A DNA stretch of 63,132 bases, counting the filler, from Actinomycetota bacterium (GTDB lineage: Bacteria; Actinomycetota; CADDZG01; JAHWKV01; JAOPZY01), in the NCBI GenBank assembly GCA_025963875.1. It is 8 parts of 8 records of this genome, joined end to end, with 100 filler letters (N's around TTAATTAATTAA, not from the genome) between each part and the next. Parts side by side here need not be neighbours in the genome. Positions count along the whole stretch, not along the records: positions 38,657 to 51,792 come from JAOPZY010000216.1; 7 more parts are not named here. The stretch is one strand, 5' to 3'. Shown in pieces: positions 38,751 to 49,300 of this stretch; positions within the stretch are counted from its first letter, which is position 1, and each line of letters opens with the position of its first letter. The notes under the pieces were generated by a model. It ran no database searches. It was not told the origin of the DNA and saw only the letters and a program-made list of their open reading frames with translations. The position numbers and the translations under genes are program-made.

Positions 38751-40148
38751 ATGCTGCTGACGATCACGACCACGCACCATCCCGCGACCGACCTCAGCTT
38801 CCTGCTCCACAAGCACCCGGCGCGGCTGCAGACCTTCGGCCTGAACTTCGGTCAGGTCCACGTCTTCTATCCGGAGGCCACCGATGAGCGCTGTACGGCC
38901 GCTCTGCTTCTGGACGTCGACGCCGTGGGCCTGGTCCGGGGGAAGAAGGGCTCGTCGGGTGAGGGCCGCACCCTTGCCCAGTACGTGAACGACCGGCCGT
39001 ACGTGGCCTCGTCGCTGCTCAGCGTCGCGATCGCCGACGTCTTCGGCAGCGCCATGGCCGGACGCAGCGGGGAGCGCCCCGAGACGGCCGCCGCCGCCAT
39101 TGCCCTGGAGGCCACGCTTCCCGTGCTCCCCTGCCGCGGCGGCGAGGACGTGATCACGCGGCTGTTCGGCCCTCTCGGCTACGAGGTCGAGTCTCACCGC
39201 TTGTCCCTCGACGAACAGTTCCCGGAGTGGGGTGAGAGCGGCTACTTCCACGTCCGTCTCCGGGCGACCGTGCGCCTCGCCGACCTGCTGTCGCACCTCT
39301 ACGTCCTCATCCCAGTGCTGGATGACGAGAAGCACTACTACGTCGGTGACGACGAGGTGGACAAGCTCCTGGCACGGGGTGCGGGCTGGCTGCCGTCGCA
39401 CCCGGAGAAGAACCTCATTACTGACCGCTACCTCAGCCATAAGCGGACCCTGACCAGGGCGGCCCTCGAGCGCCTCCTGGAGGACGATGCCGACGAGGAC
39501 GAGGCCGCCTCCGGCCACGACGCTGAGGAGGCCGTGGTCGAGGAGCGGGTGAACCTGCATAGCCAGCGACACGGTGCCGTGCTCGCCGCACTCCGGGAGA
39601 CGGGGGCACGCCGGGTCATCGACCTCGGGTGCGGGGACGGGAAACTGCTCAAGCTGCTCCTGGCCGAGCGGGCGTTCACCGAGGTCGCCGGCATGGACGT
39701 CTCCCACAGAGCGCTCGAGTACGCGGCCCGCCGCCTCCACCTCGACTCGCTGCCCCCGGCCCAGCGTGCCCGGCTCAACCTGTTCCAGGGCTCGCTCACC
39801 TATCGAGACGGGCGCCTCGCCGGGTACGACGCGGCCACAGTCGTGGAGGTCATCGAGCACCTTGATCCGCCGCGCCTCGCCGTGTTCGAGCGGTGCGTGT
39901 TCGAGGCGGCGCACCCGCTGTCCGTGGTGGTCACCACCCCCAACGTCGAATACAACGTCCGGTTCCCTACCCTGCCGGCCGGTACGCTGCGCCACAAGGA
40001 TCACCGCTTCGAGTGGGCGAGGGCGGAGTTCGAGGCGTGGGCGGCCACCGTGGCCGGGCGCTTCGGCTACACGGTGCGCTTCCTGCCGATCGGCCCCGCT
40101 GACCCGGAGGTCGGCGCCCCCTCCCAGATGGCGGTGTTCACCACGTGA
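38751..40148 (+). CDS. hen1: 3'-terminal RNA ribose 2'-O-methyltransferase Hen1
   Basis: ATDLSFLLHKHP, QYVNDRPY, LIPVLDDEKHY, DLGCGDG, EVIEH, RHKDHRFEW. Confidence 0.96.
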   Translation: MLLTITTTHHPATDLSFLLHKHPARLQTFGLNFGQVHVFYPEATDERCTAALLLDVDAVGLVRGKKGSSGEGRTLAQYVNDRPYVASSLLSVAIADVFGSAMAGRSGERPETAAAAIALEATLPVLPCRGGEDVITRLFGPLGYEVESHRLSLDEQFPEWGESGYFHVRLRATVRLADLLSHLYVLIPVLDDEKHYYVGDDEVDKLLARGAGWLPSHPEKNLITDRYLSHKRTLTRAALERLLEDDADEDEAASGHDAEEAVVEERVNLHSQRHGAVLAALRETGARRVIDLGCGDGKLLKLLLAERAFTEVAGMDVSHRALEYAARRLHLDSLPPAQRARLNLFQGSLTYRDGRLAGYDAATVVEVIEHLDPPRLAVFERCVFEAAHPLSVVVTTPNVEYNVRFPTLPAGTLRHKDHRFEWARAEFEAWAATVAGRFGYTVRFLPIGPADPEVGAPSQMAVFTT

Positions 40149-42703
40149 AGCTGTCCATCCCCAACCTCTCCCTCGTCGTGCTGATCGGTCCCTCAGGGTC
40201 CGGCAAGTCGACGTTTGCCGCCCGGCACTTCCTCCCCACCGAGGTCATCTCCTCGGACTTCTGCCGTGGCCTCGTGTCCGACAACGAGAACGACCAGGCG
40301 GCCACGGGCGATGCGTTCGAGGTGCTGCACTTCATCGCCGGCAAGCGCCTCGCCGCGGGGAAGATGACCGTCGTCGATGCCACCAGCGTCCGGCCCGAGG
40401 ACCGCCGGCCGCTGGTCTCGCTCGCCAAGCAGTACCACTGCCTGCCCGTGGCCATCGTGTTCAACCTGCCGCCGGCGGTCTGCCTGGAGCGCAACGCCTC
40501 GCGCCCGGACCGGGACTTCGGCCCCCACGTCGTCCGCGAGCAGCACCAGAGCATGCGCCGGTCCCTCAAGAACCTCCGGCGGGAGGGATTCCGCCACACG
40601 TTCGAGCTCCACACCCCCGACGAGGTCGACACCGCCGTCGTGGAGCGGACGCCTCTCTGGAACGACCGCCGGGCAGAGCACGGGCCCTTCGACATCGTCG
40701 GTGACGTCCACGGGTGCTGCGACGAGCTGGAGACACTGCTGGTCACCCTCGGGTACGGGCGGGAGGGGGCGGCCTGGGCACATCCCGAGGGGCGCCGGGC
40801 TGTCTTCGTCGGCGACCTCGTCGACCGCGGCCCACGGATCCTCGACGTGCTGGCGTTGGCGCGCACCATGGTTGAGGCCGGCAGTGCCCTCGCCGTGCCC
40901 GGCAACCACGACATGAAGCTGCTGCGCAAGCTGCGGGGCCGCGACGTCCAGATCACCCACGGTCTTGCCGAGACCCTCGCCGAGATCGACGCGCTGGACC
41001 CGCAGGCCCGCCCGCAGGCCCAGGCGCAGATCGCCACCTTCCTCGACTCCCTCGTCAGCCACTACGTCTTCGACGACGGCAAGCTGGTCGTGGCCCACGC
41101 AGGGATGCGCCAGGAGATGCAGGGCCGCGGATCGGGCCGGGTCCGTGACTTCGCCCTGTACGGCGAGACTACCGGGGAGACCGACGAGTTCGGTCTCCCG
41201 ATCCGGTACAACTGGGCGGCGGAGTACCGGGGGCCGGCACGCGTCGTCTACGGCCACACCCCGGTTCCCGAGCCTGAGTGGCTGAACGGGACGATCAACA
41301 TCGACACCGGCTGCGTCTTCGGGGGCAGGCTGACTGCCCTTCGCTATCCGGAGCTCGAGTTGGTGTCCGTCCCGGCCGCTCGCACCTACGCCGTGCCGGT
41401 GAAGCCATTCCTCCCCGAGGTGGTCGAGCCCAGTCCCCTCACCGCACAGCAGCGCCACGACGAGCTGCTCGACATCGATGACGTCGTCGGCAAGCGGATC
41501 GTGGCCACGCGCCTGCGGGGCAACCTCACCATCCGGGAGGAGAACGCGATCGCCGCTCTGGAGGTGATGAGCCGCTTCGCTGCCGACCCGCGCTGGCTCG
41601 TCTACCTTCCCCCGACGATGTCGCCGTCGGACACGTCGATGCACGACGGGATGCTCGAGCACCCTGCAGAGGCGTTCGCCTACTACCGCGCTGAGGGCGT
41701 TCCCCGAGTCGTCTGCCAGGAGAAGCATATGGGGTCGCGGGCGATCGTGATCGTCTGCCGTGACGCCGATGTCGCCCGGCGGCGCTTTGGCGTTTCGACC
41801 GGCGAGAGCGGCATCTGTTACACGCGCACGGGCCGTCGGTTCTTCGAGGACCGCGTCCTAGAGGAACAGGTGCTCGCCCGGGTCCGGTCGGCACTCGACG
41901 CGACGGGGTTGTGGGACGACCTTGCGACGGACTGGGTCTGTCTCGACTGCGAGCTCATGCCCTGGTCCGTGAAGGCGCAGGAGTTGCTGCGGCGCCAGTA
42001 CGCAGCGGTGGGCCGGGCCGGCCGCTCCGGTATGGCGGCCGCCATCGAAGCCCTCCGGCAGGCATCGGCGGGCGGCGTGGCCGTCGGCCACCTGTTGGAG
42101 CGTTCCCAAGGCCAGCTCGCCGACCTGGAACGATTCGTCGAGGCCTACCGACGCTACTGCTGGCCGGTGGCAGGGGTCGCCGATCTGAAGCTGGCCCCCT
42201 TCCACGTGATGGCCACCGAAGGTGCGGTCCACATCGACCGGGACCATCTGTGGCACATGGAGACGCTCTCTTCGCTTGCAGCGGCGGACGACGGGCTCCT
42301 TCTTGTCACGGCCACCAAGGTTGTCGATGTCACGGATCCCGCTTCGGAAGCCGATGCCATCGGCTGGTGGGAGAGCCTGACGGGGGCTGGGGGAGAGGGC
42401 ATGGTGGTCAAGCCGCTGACCTTCATCGCCCGAGGCCAGAAGGGGTACGTGCAACCGGCCGTGAAGTGCCGCGGCGTCGAGTACCTGCGGATCATCTACG
42501 GTCCCGACTACACCCGGGAAGAGAACCTGCAACGGCTGCGCTCCCGTGGGCTGTGGGCGAAGCGCTCCCTCGCCATACGGGAGTTTGCCCTCGGGATCGA
42601 GGGTCTGGAGCGATTCGTGCGCGGGGAGCCGCTGCGACGGGTCCACGAGTGTGTCTTCGGGGTCCTAGCGACGGAGAGCGAGCCGGTGGACCCCAGGTTG
42701 TAA
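40145..42703 (+). CDS. pnkp: Polynucleotide kinase-phosphatase-ligase Pnkp
   Basis: P-loop GPSGSGKS; metallophosphoesterase GDVHG/GDLVDRG/GNHD; ligase motif EKHMG; C-terminal ESEPVDPRL; GTGA overlap with hen1. Confidence 0.96.
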   Translation: MKLSIPNLSLVVLIGPSGSGKSTFAARHFLPTEVISSDFCRGLVSDNENDQAATGDAFEVLHFIAGKRLAAGKMTVVDATSVRPEDRRPLVSLAKQYHCLPVAIVFNLPPAVCLERNASRPDRDFGPHVVREQHQSMRRSLKNLRREGFRHTFELHTPDEVDTAVVERTPLWNDRRAEHGPFDIVGDVHGCCDELETLLVTLGYGREGAAWAHPEGRRAVFVGDLVDRGPRILDVLALARTMVEAGSALAVPGNHDMKLLRKLRGRDVQITHGLAETLAEIDALDPQARPQAQAQIATFLDSLVSHYVFDDGKLVVAHAGMRQEMQGRGSGRVRDFALYGETTGETDEFGLPIRYNWAAEYRGPARVVYGHTPVPEPEWLNGTINIDTGCVFGGRLTALRYPELELVSVPAARTYAVPVKPFLPEVVEPSPLTAQQRHDELLDIDDVVGKRIVATRLRGNLTIREENAIAALEVMSRFAADPRWLVYLPPTMSPSDTSMHDGMLEHPAEAFAYYRAEGVPRVVCQEKHMGSRAIVIVCRDADVARRRFGVSTGESGICYTRTGRRFFEDRVLEEQVLARVRSALDATGLWDDLATDWVCLDCELMPWSVKAQELLRRQYAAVGRAGRSGMAAAIEALRQASAGGVAVGHLLERSQGQLADLERFVEAYRRYCWPVAGVADLKLAPFHVMATEGAVHIDRDHLWHMETLSSLAAADDGLLLVTATKVVDVTDPASEADAIGWWESLTGAGGEGMVVKPLTFIARGQKGYVQPAVKCRGVEYLRIIYGPDYTREENLQRLRSRGLWAKRSLAIREFALGIEGLERFVRGEPLRRVHECVFGVLATESEPVDPRL

Positions 42704-42868
42704 GGGACCTGCGGTTATCCGTTGTCCGGCCGGGCCCTGAGCATGTCGCTCCGGTCCCGACCCCCGGCGGTGGCAGTCGACCGGGCATGGAGCGGCTGGG
42801 ATTCCGTGATCATCTCGGCAACCATTGCGGACCAAGCCGAGCCAGCCTCGTCCGCTGGTGATCTGTTT

Positions 42869-43501
42869 TCAGAGGGGCAGTGTGTACTTGAGCGTGAAGT
42901 TGAGCACGGTTGCGAACATGAGGTACATCAGCCAGAATCCGGTCCCGAGGTGGAAGAGGCCGAGGACCTTCTCAGCGACCTCGCCGACGCCCGGCAGGTT
43001 TGGCTTGAGGCTGGCGAAGAAATCAGCCACATAGACGCCGAGCAGGCCGATGAACAGGGCGCCGACCGGGGCGTCATGCGCCTTGAAGAAGACAATGATC
43101 CCGAGAATCGAAATCAGCATGAAGGCGACCGTCATACCCACGTTGACTCTTGGGTCTACCCCGTGTATTCGGTTCCAGCCCATGGCGACCCAGTGCACGC
43201 CGTAGGCCGTGAACGCCAGCGCCGTCATATACAGCGGGGGAGAGGCAAGGGTGCCAAACAGGGTCAGGGCCAGGAACAGGAAGATGCCCGTGAAAAACTG
43301 CATGAACCCCGGCATCCAGATGCCCCAGATGCCGGTGCCGTAGTCGACGCCCTCGTCACCGCGGCTAGGAAAGCCGAACAGCTCCTGGGTCCCGTAGATC
43401 AGGTACCCGGTACCCAGCCCCATGAAGCCGACGGCAATCGGTGGAAACGGAGTGGTTGGCAGGGTGACAACCGCCGCAGGTATTGACACGACAACCTCCA
43501 A
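42869..43501 (-). CDS. About 6-TM membrane protein, possibly an AmiS/UreI- or SatP-like channel; start uncertain
   Basis: Hydrophobic 210-aa ORF; family assignment is a weak resemblance only. Confidence 0.7.
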   Translation of the reverse strand: MEVVVSIPAAVVTLPTTPFPPIAVGFMGLGTGYLIYGTQELFGFPSRGDEGVDYGTGIWGIWMPGFMQFFTGIFLFLALTLFGTLASPPLYMTALAFTAYGVHWVAMGWNRIHGVDPRVNVGMTVAFMLISILGIIVFFKAHDAPVGALFIGLLGVYVADFFASLKPNLPGVGEVAEKVLGLFHLGTGFWLMYLMFATVLNFTLKYTLPL

Positions 43502-43563
43502 TGAAAATGGATGTGTGTTCTCTTACCGTTCCTTGCCGCTAAGAGAGATGCGAGCGAGATAGC

Positions 43564-45723
43564 TCAAGGGCTCTTCTTTCTGACGACCAAACCGCAGACC
43601 ACCGCACCAACAACCAGGATCGCCGCCACGACGGTAAAGACAGTCCTGTCTCCCTGCACGGAGGCCTGAGCAAGTACCTGTGCGTTGGGAGTCCTGCTGA
43701 CGAGGTACCTGGCAGTGGCACTAGCGGCGATGGTGTTGAGGAGGGCGGTCCCGACGGATGCGCCGATCTGCTGGCTGGTGGTGACCATCGCAGAACCAAC
43801 TCCCGCGTCTGTTTCGGCGATTCCGGCTGTCGCCGTGTTCATCGCCGGCGGGAACGTGAAGCCCAGACCAGCACCGAAAATGACCAGACCGGGCAGTATT
43901 GTGGTGAGGTAGCTCGTATGGACGCCCAGCTGGGCCAGCAGCGCCGTGCCAACGGCTGCGACGAGCAGGCCGCCTGCGAGCAGCGGGCGGGGGCCCATGC
44001 GTCGCAGCAGGACCCCGTTGGAGAGGATGGAGGTGGTCATGAGGGCCCCTACCATAGGGAGAAACACCACTCCGGTTTTCAGCGGCGAGTAGCCCATGTT
44101 CTCCTGCAGGTAGTAGGTGAGAAACAAGAAAGTGCCGAACGTGGCGATGGAGACGCTGAACACGGCAAGGTAGGGTCCGAGGCGGTTGCGGTGTGCGACC
44201 AGGCTCATCGGTAGCAGAGGCCGGTCCACCCGGGTCTCGATCCAGACGAAGATCGCCAACAACAGGCCACCGCCAATCATCAGACCCAAAGTGAGCGGGT
44301 CGGTCCACCCTCGCGTCTCAGCCTCCGTGAAGCCATACACGAGAGAAACAAGACCCGCCACGACGGTTACAGCGCCCCGATAGTCGATGCCAACCTTACG
44401 GGATGAACCGGCGTTGGTTAGCAGAACGACCGCGCCGATGGCCCCGACCACGGCGAAGACGTCGTTGATGTAGAGCGTGTACCGCCAGCCGAGAGTTTGG
44501 GTGAGGCCTCCCCCTAGCAGCAAGCCGAGGGCTGCGCCGCCGCTTGCGATGCCCCCATAGACCCCGAACGCCTTGCCCCGATCCTTCGAGTCGCTGAACG
44601 TGGTGGTCAACAGGGAAAGGGCAGAGGGGGCCAGCAGGGCGGCGAACGCGCCCTGGACAGCCCGGGCGGCGACCAACATAACGAAGTCGATCGACGCTCC
44701 CGCTACCGCCGACCCAAGTGCGAACCCGATCATGCCGATGAGAAACGTCCGTTTGCGGCCGAAGTGGTCCGACAGTCGACCTCCGAGGAGGAGCAGACCG
44801 CCGAAGGCCAGGGTGTAGGCGGTGACCACGAACGTGCGATTGGCGTTGGAGAACCCGAGCGCCTGTTGGGCTGAGGGCAGCGCGATGTTGACGATCGTGA
44901 CGTCGAGTACCACCATCAGCTGGCCCAGTCCGAGCACCGCGAGCACCCACCACCGCCGCGCAGGCTTGGCGTTGAGGGACGCGGCCACGCCGCCGGCGCT
45001 GCCGCTCGAAGGGGAGCCGTTCGCACGGCGGGCTCGCACCGGAGGCGGCCCGGCGGGAGGAGGGCCTGACCCTGGCGGTGGATGGCCGTTGGCCTCGAAG
45101 GGGGCCACGGGGTGATCCGGGAGGACCAGCCGTCCCCGGACCGCCGCGAGCACTACTGGCGCCGCGGCCGGGCCGAGGTTGCTGCGCAGCTCGGCGTCCA
45201 GGGCGAGGACGTGCTCCTCCTCGCCTCCTCCGGCAACGATGTCGACCAGCTCGACGAGCCGGCCCAGGGCCATGGCTTGGACCTCGTCGTCGGGAGACCA
45301 CGATGCCGTACCGGCCAGGCGGGCTGCGTCGGCGGCCACTACCGCCAGCGCGGCGCCGCCGGCGGCCGGACCGGTCGCCTGAGCCATGCGCCCGAGGCGG
45401 TGGCGGAGTGCGACCGCTCTCTCCCAGCTCGCGAGCCGGGCCTCCAGGTCGGCGAGGGTGGCCCGGTCAGGATCGAGGTCCAGGGCCTGGGCGCCCTCGG
45501 CCAGCGCCGAACGGACCCTGTCCAGCTCGAAGAGGTCGTCTCTGGGAAGTGGGGCGCCGGCGGCGAGCGCGGCCTCCAGGCCCGGAACGGCGGCCTGGGC
45601 AAGCGAGAATGCCCACAGCGCCGAGGCGAGCTTGTTTCTGGCCTCTGCGAGCCTCCCGGCGTCGGGGGCCGCCGCCCCGTAACCGTCCCGGGGTGTGGCG
45701 AGACTTTGGGGGATCGTGTCCAT
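43564..45723 (-). CDS. DHA2 (14-TM) MFS efflux transporter with a long N-terminal soluble extension
   Basis: LDVTIVNIALP, GGRLSDHFGRKR, DRGKAFG; about 250 aa of Ala-rich helical and Pro-rich sequence in frame upstream. Confidence 0.85.
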   Translation of the reverse strand: MDTIPQSLATPRDGYGAAAPDAGRLAEARNKLASALWAFSLAQAAVPGLEAALAAGAPLPRDDLFELDRVRSALAEGAQALDLDPDRATLADLEARLASWERAVALRHRLGRMAQATGPAAGGAALAVVAADAARLAGTASWSPDDEVQAMALGRLVELVDIVAGGGEEEHVLALDAELRSNLGPAAAPVVLAAVRGRLVLPDHPVAPFEANGHPPPGSGPPPAGPPPVRARRANGSPSSGSAGGVAASLNAKPARRWWVLAVLGLGQLMVVLDVTIVNIALPSAQQALGFSNANRTFVVTAYTLAFGGLLLLGGRLSDHFGRKRTFLIGMIGFALGSAVAGASIDFVMLVAARAVQGAFAALLAPSALSLLTTTFSDSKDRGKAFGVYGGIASGGAALGLLLGGGLTQTLGWRYTLYINDVFAVVGAIGAVVLLTNAGSSRKVGIDYRGAVTVVAGLVSLVYGFTEAETRGWTDPLTLGLMIGGGLLLAIFVWIETRVDRPLLPMSLVAHRNRLGPYLAVFSVSIATFGTFLFLTYYLQENMGYSPLKTGVVFLPMVGALMTTSILSNGVLLRRMGPRPLLAGGLLVAAVGTALLAQLGVHTSYLTTILPGLVIFGAGLGFTFPPAMNTATAGIAETDAGVGSAMVTTSQQIGASVGTALLNTIAASATARYLVSRTPNAQVLAQASVQGDRTVFTVVAAILVVGAVVCGLVVRKKSP

Positions 45724-45952
45724 GGTCAAATCCGAGCTTCTCGGTTCCACGAGAGGGTGTCGTTGATGCTCATTTGGAGGTCCCCTTCTACTAGTGGCGA
45801 AGCTAGGTGTGGCTCGATAGAGCCGGTCATGACGCAACGCGGCGGCCCAGCAGTCGATGGATTACAGATTTGTTGGTGGAATAACTCGGCAGCTCGGGCA
45901 CTGCCAGACGGGTGCCGGTCTCAGCATCGTCTCACCTCAGACCACCGCATCG

Positions 45953-46219
45953 TCATGGCATCGCCCGATCGACTTGCCGGGGGACCTCGCCGAGGACACC
46001 AACCTCATGCCGACCCTTCCCATCCGCCATAACCGCCTCGAGTGCGGACCGCACCACGGCGCGCAGGTCCGGTGCATATCCCATCTCTTCGATGACGAGC
46101 ATCACATCCTTTGTGAGCCAGTTGGACAGCGAAACCAAGTGGCGGCCCCGACTCATCGGGCTGAAGCGCCCCTCGGTCTTATCGTCGAGGTCATCGGTTA
46201 CCGCGGTCCTCCACGTCAT
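45953..46219 (-). CDS. Small hypothetical protein
   Basis: GGGAGG RBS before ATG; 88 aa with protein-like composition. Confidence 0.5.
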   Translation of the reverse strand: MTWRTAVTDDLDDKTEGRFSPMSRGRHLVSLSNWLTKDVMLVIEEMGYAPDLRAVVRSALEAVMADGKGRHEVGVLGEVPRQVDRAMP

Positions 46220-46433
46220 AGTCGCCTCCCTGGCCTAGAGACAAGGCTTCGGCGCTGATCGTCACATCCTGGCCGCCTGATGACATCGGAGGCAGCCCCC
46301 ATGTTCGGCGGACGGTGACCGCAACACGGTCAATCCTGCTAGCTTCAATGCGCCGAGTCGCTGCGAGGCTCAAGCGGTGGGTCTGCGCTTCGGTCCGCCG
46401 CGGCTTCGCCGCCACCGACGTCAGGCGCCTCCG

Positions 46434-47429
46434 TCAGGCCTCTCGCAGGACCCCCTTCTGTTGCAGGAAGTAGAGCAGCCCCAGCGAGGGAATGCAGATG
46501 ACCGCCGTCGCCACGAAAATGCCCGTCACCGCCACCAGCGTGGAGGTGGGGGCAGCTGCCTCCGCCAGCCGGAGATGGTTCCCGAGCAGGTACGGGTACT
46601 GGGCCGCGCCCCACCCGGCGATGACGAAGAAGACCGCTGCCGCGGCGAGGGCCCGCAGGATCCGGGGGTCCGCCAGGCGGAGGAGCCCGAGCACGCCCAA
46701 GCCCGTCAGCACGGAAAGGCTCACGAACGGGAGGCCCGGGCCGAGAAGGCGGTGGAAGAGGTGAGGGGCGTTGGCATGCACGACGACCAGCCCGCTGACG
46801 GAGATGAAGCCGGCCGCGGCGGCGGCGAGGAGCGCCCGGTTCCGGTACCAGGCCTCCAGGTCCGGCAGCCCGCGCTTGCGGGCCTCGGCCGTCAGGAAGA
46901 CTGCCGCCAGGTAGGCGCAGGTGGCGACGGCCAGCGCCCCCGTGAACAGCGAGGTGGGCGTGACCCAGACCGAGAAGCCGTTCCGGGCGCCCGTGAGCGG
47001 CACGCGCCCGGCGGCGATGGCCCCGGCAACCGTCCCGAGGAAGAAGGGGGTCACGACCGAGGAGATGGCAAACACCGCCCCGTTGGCCCGCTGGGCCTGA
47101 GTGCGCACCGAGACCTTGCGGAAGGCGAACCCCGAGCCCCGGAGCACGATGCCGAGGGCCGCCAGGCCGAGCGGCACGTACAGCGTCCGCATCACCGCCG
47201 CGAACGCCGTCGGGAAGGCGGTCCAGGCGACGACCAGGCAGAAGATCAGCCACATGTGGTTGGCCTCCCAGACCGGACCGATCGAGAGGTCGATCAGGCC
47301 CCTCGGCCGCCGGCCCCGCTCCGCCCCCCCGGCCGTCAGGTCCCAGAACCCGGCCCCGAAGTCCGCTCCGCCAAAGATGGCGTAGAGCACGACTCCCAGG
47401 AAGAGGATGGCGCCCACCGCGGTGGTCAC
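46434..47429 (-). CDS. cydB: Cytochrome bd oxidase subunit II
   Basis: GGADFGAG, GPVWEANHMWL, LRGSGFAFR. Confidence 0.94.
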   Translation of the reverse strand: MTTAVGAILFLGVVLYAIFGGADFGAGFWDLTAGGAERGRRPRGLIDLSIGPVWEANHMWLIFCLVVAWTAFPTAFAAVMRTLYVPLGLAALGIVLRGSGFAFRKVSVRTQAQRANGAVFAISSVVTPFFLGTVAGAIAAGRVPLTGARNGFSVWVTPTSLFTGALAVATCAYLAAVFLTAEARKRGLPDLEAWYRNRALLAAAAAGFISVSGLVVVHANAPHLFHRLLGPGLPFVSLSVLTGLGVLGLLRLADPRILRALAAAAVFFVIAGWGAAQYPYLLGNHLRLAEAAAPTSTLVAVTGIFVATAVICIPSLGLLYFLQQKGVLREA

Positions 47430-48841
47430 CGGGGCGCAGCCTCCTCGACCGCGGCCTCCAGCGGCTGGTCCGGCCCATAGGGGACGTCGAAGCCGCGGTC
47501 GAGCCCCGCCTGCCATCTCCGCTTCATCGCCCCCAGCACGAAGATCGCCGCCACCCCGACCGATCCGAGGACGAGGACCGTGCCGGCGAAGAAGAACCAG
47601 ACGTTGCCGGAGGTGGTGACAGCGTCACGGGTCAGCAGCAGGCCCATCACCGTCCAGGGCTGGCGGCCGACCTCGGTCACGACCCATCCCGTCTCGAGGC
47701 AGACGACCGACAGGATCCCCGCGGCGGCCGAGCACCGCAGGAACCAGGGGCTCGCCGGGATGTCGCGCCTGCGCCACCAGACCAACCCGAACCAGGCGGC
47801 CAGCGCGAGAAGCGCGAAGGAGATCGCCACCATGACATCGAAGGAGAGGTGCACGATCGTCACCAGTTCCGGCTTCGGCCGGACGGCTGCCGGCACTGCG
47901 TCCAGGCCGCGGATGACGGTGCGCGTGCTGAAGCCGGCCAGCAGCGACGCCGCCCCCGGGAGGCGGATCCCGTCGTGCACCTTGCCGTCGCTGCCCAGGT
48001 AACCCCCGAGGGTCTCGGGCACGTCGCTCCGGGTTTGGGTCAGCATCTCGATGGCGGCGAACTTCGCCGGCTCCATCTTGTAGGCCTCGCGCGCGACCGT
48101 GTCGCCGACAAAGATCTGCACGGGGATCACGACGGCTGCCACGGTGAAGGGAATCAGGAACCCCAGGCGCTGGTACCCATCCCAGGAACGCCGCTTCAGC
48201 ATTCCGGCCGCGTAAACGGCCGCGGTGAGGAAGCCCGCCACGAGGTAGGCGGCGAGGAGCATGTGCAGCCCCTCGTACCAGAAGGCCCGGTTGAAGAAGA
48301 CCGCGAGCGGGTGGACGTCCACGACGTTGCCGTTGCGCAGCGTGATGCCGCCAGGCAGGTTCATCCAACTGTTGGCGGCGACGACGGACAGCGTCCCGCC
48401 GATGCCCGAGAGCACCACCGGCAGCCCGGTCCAGAAATGGGTCCAGGGCCGCAGCCGTTTCCACCCGTAGATGTAGATGGCGATGTAGATCGCCTCCAAG
48501 AAGAAGAAGATGGCCTCGACGCCGAACGGGATCCCGTACGCCGCGCCGAACCGTCCCATCAGCCCCGGCCACAGCAGCCCCAACTCGAAGGACAGCACCG
48601 TGCCGGACACGGCCCCCACGGCGAAGAGGACGGCGGCAACCTTCGACCAGCGCTGAGCGATCAGGAGCGCCTCGGCATCGTCGTGCCGGATCGCCCGGTA
48701 GTTCGCCATCATCATCAGCGTCGTGAACGCCACCCCGAACGGGACCAGGATGACGTGGAAGCCGAGCGTGAACGCCATCTGCTCTCGGGCAGGCAGAACC
48801 TGTGAGGAACCGAGGCCGGCGAGGATCACTCCCGGGATCAT
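47426..48841 (-). CDS. cydA: Cytochrome bd oxidase subunit I
   Basis: AFTLGFH, GAVSGT, ANSWM, PAKFAAIE, GWVVTEVGRQPW. Confidence 0.95.
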   Translation of the reverse strand: MIPGVILAGLGSSQVLPAREQMAFTLGFHVILVPFGVAFTTLMMMANYRAIRHDDAEALLIAQRWSKVAAVLFAVGAVSGTVLSFELGLLWPGLMGRFGAAYGIPFGVEAIFFFLEAIYIAIYIYGWKRLRPWTHFWTGLPVVLSGIGGTLSVVAANSWMNLPGGITLRNGNVVDVHPLAVFFNRAFWYEGLHMLLAAYLVAGFLTAAVYAAGMLKRRSWDGYQRLGFLIPFTVAAVVIPVQIFVGDTVAREAYKMEPAKFAAIEMLTQTRSDVPETLGGYLGSDGKVHDGIRLPGAASLLAGFSTRTVIRGLDAVPAAVRPKPELVTIVHLSFDVMVAISFALLALAAWFGLVWWRRRDIPASPWFLRCSAAAGILSVVCLETGWVVTEVGRQPWTVMGLLLTRDAVTTSGNVWFFFAGTVLVLGSVGVAAIFVLGAMKRRWQAGLDRGFDVPYGPDQPLEAAVEEAAPR

Positions 48842-49240
48842 CGCGCGACAGACGGGACCCGGCCCCACGCGTTCAAGTGGTATTCCCGGCGTTCGCCGTC
48901 GTGCCCATCGGCCGAAGGTGTCCCCCCCGGCGGTGACGAGACCCGCCAGTTGCACTCAATGCCGCCACGAAACTCGCACACCGGCTACACGTTCGACGCC
49001 CACGACAATCTGACCCCGGCCAACCTCACGAGGGCCCCGGTGCCCGGCTCGGTAAACCAGGCGCTCCCACTCGATGCCATCCGGGGGCCGTCGCGAAGCG
49101 TCGCTGTTGGTTCTGGTGGGTTCCCGTGCTCCCACACGTCATGCAAAACACGAGTGGCCAGAACTGGGCGGAGCGCGACGCTATGGAATTGCAGTCTGAA
49201 CGCAGCATCCGAACCTGTTTCCGCAGGTCAAACCCCACTT

Positions 49241-49300
49241 GCGGAGGCGGACGGGAATCGAACCCGCCCACCGACTCTCGTCGGCGCACTGGTTTTGAAG
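49241..49300 (-). pseudogene. selC: 3' half of tRNA-Sec(UCA); probable att site
   Basis: Minus strand: CTTCAAA anticodon loop, ACCAG, long variable arm CGCCGAC-GAGA-GTCGGTG, T arm GCGGG-TTCGATT-CCCGT, acceptor 3' strand CCGCCTCCG; no D arm or 5' acceptor strand upstream. Confidence 0.85.
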
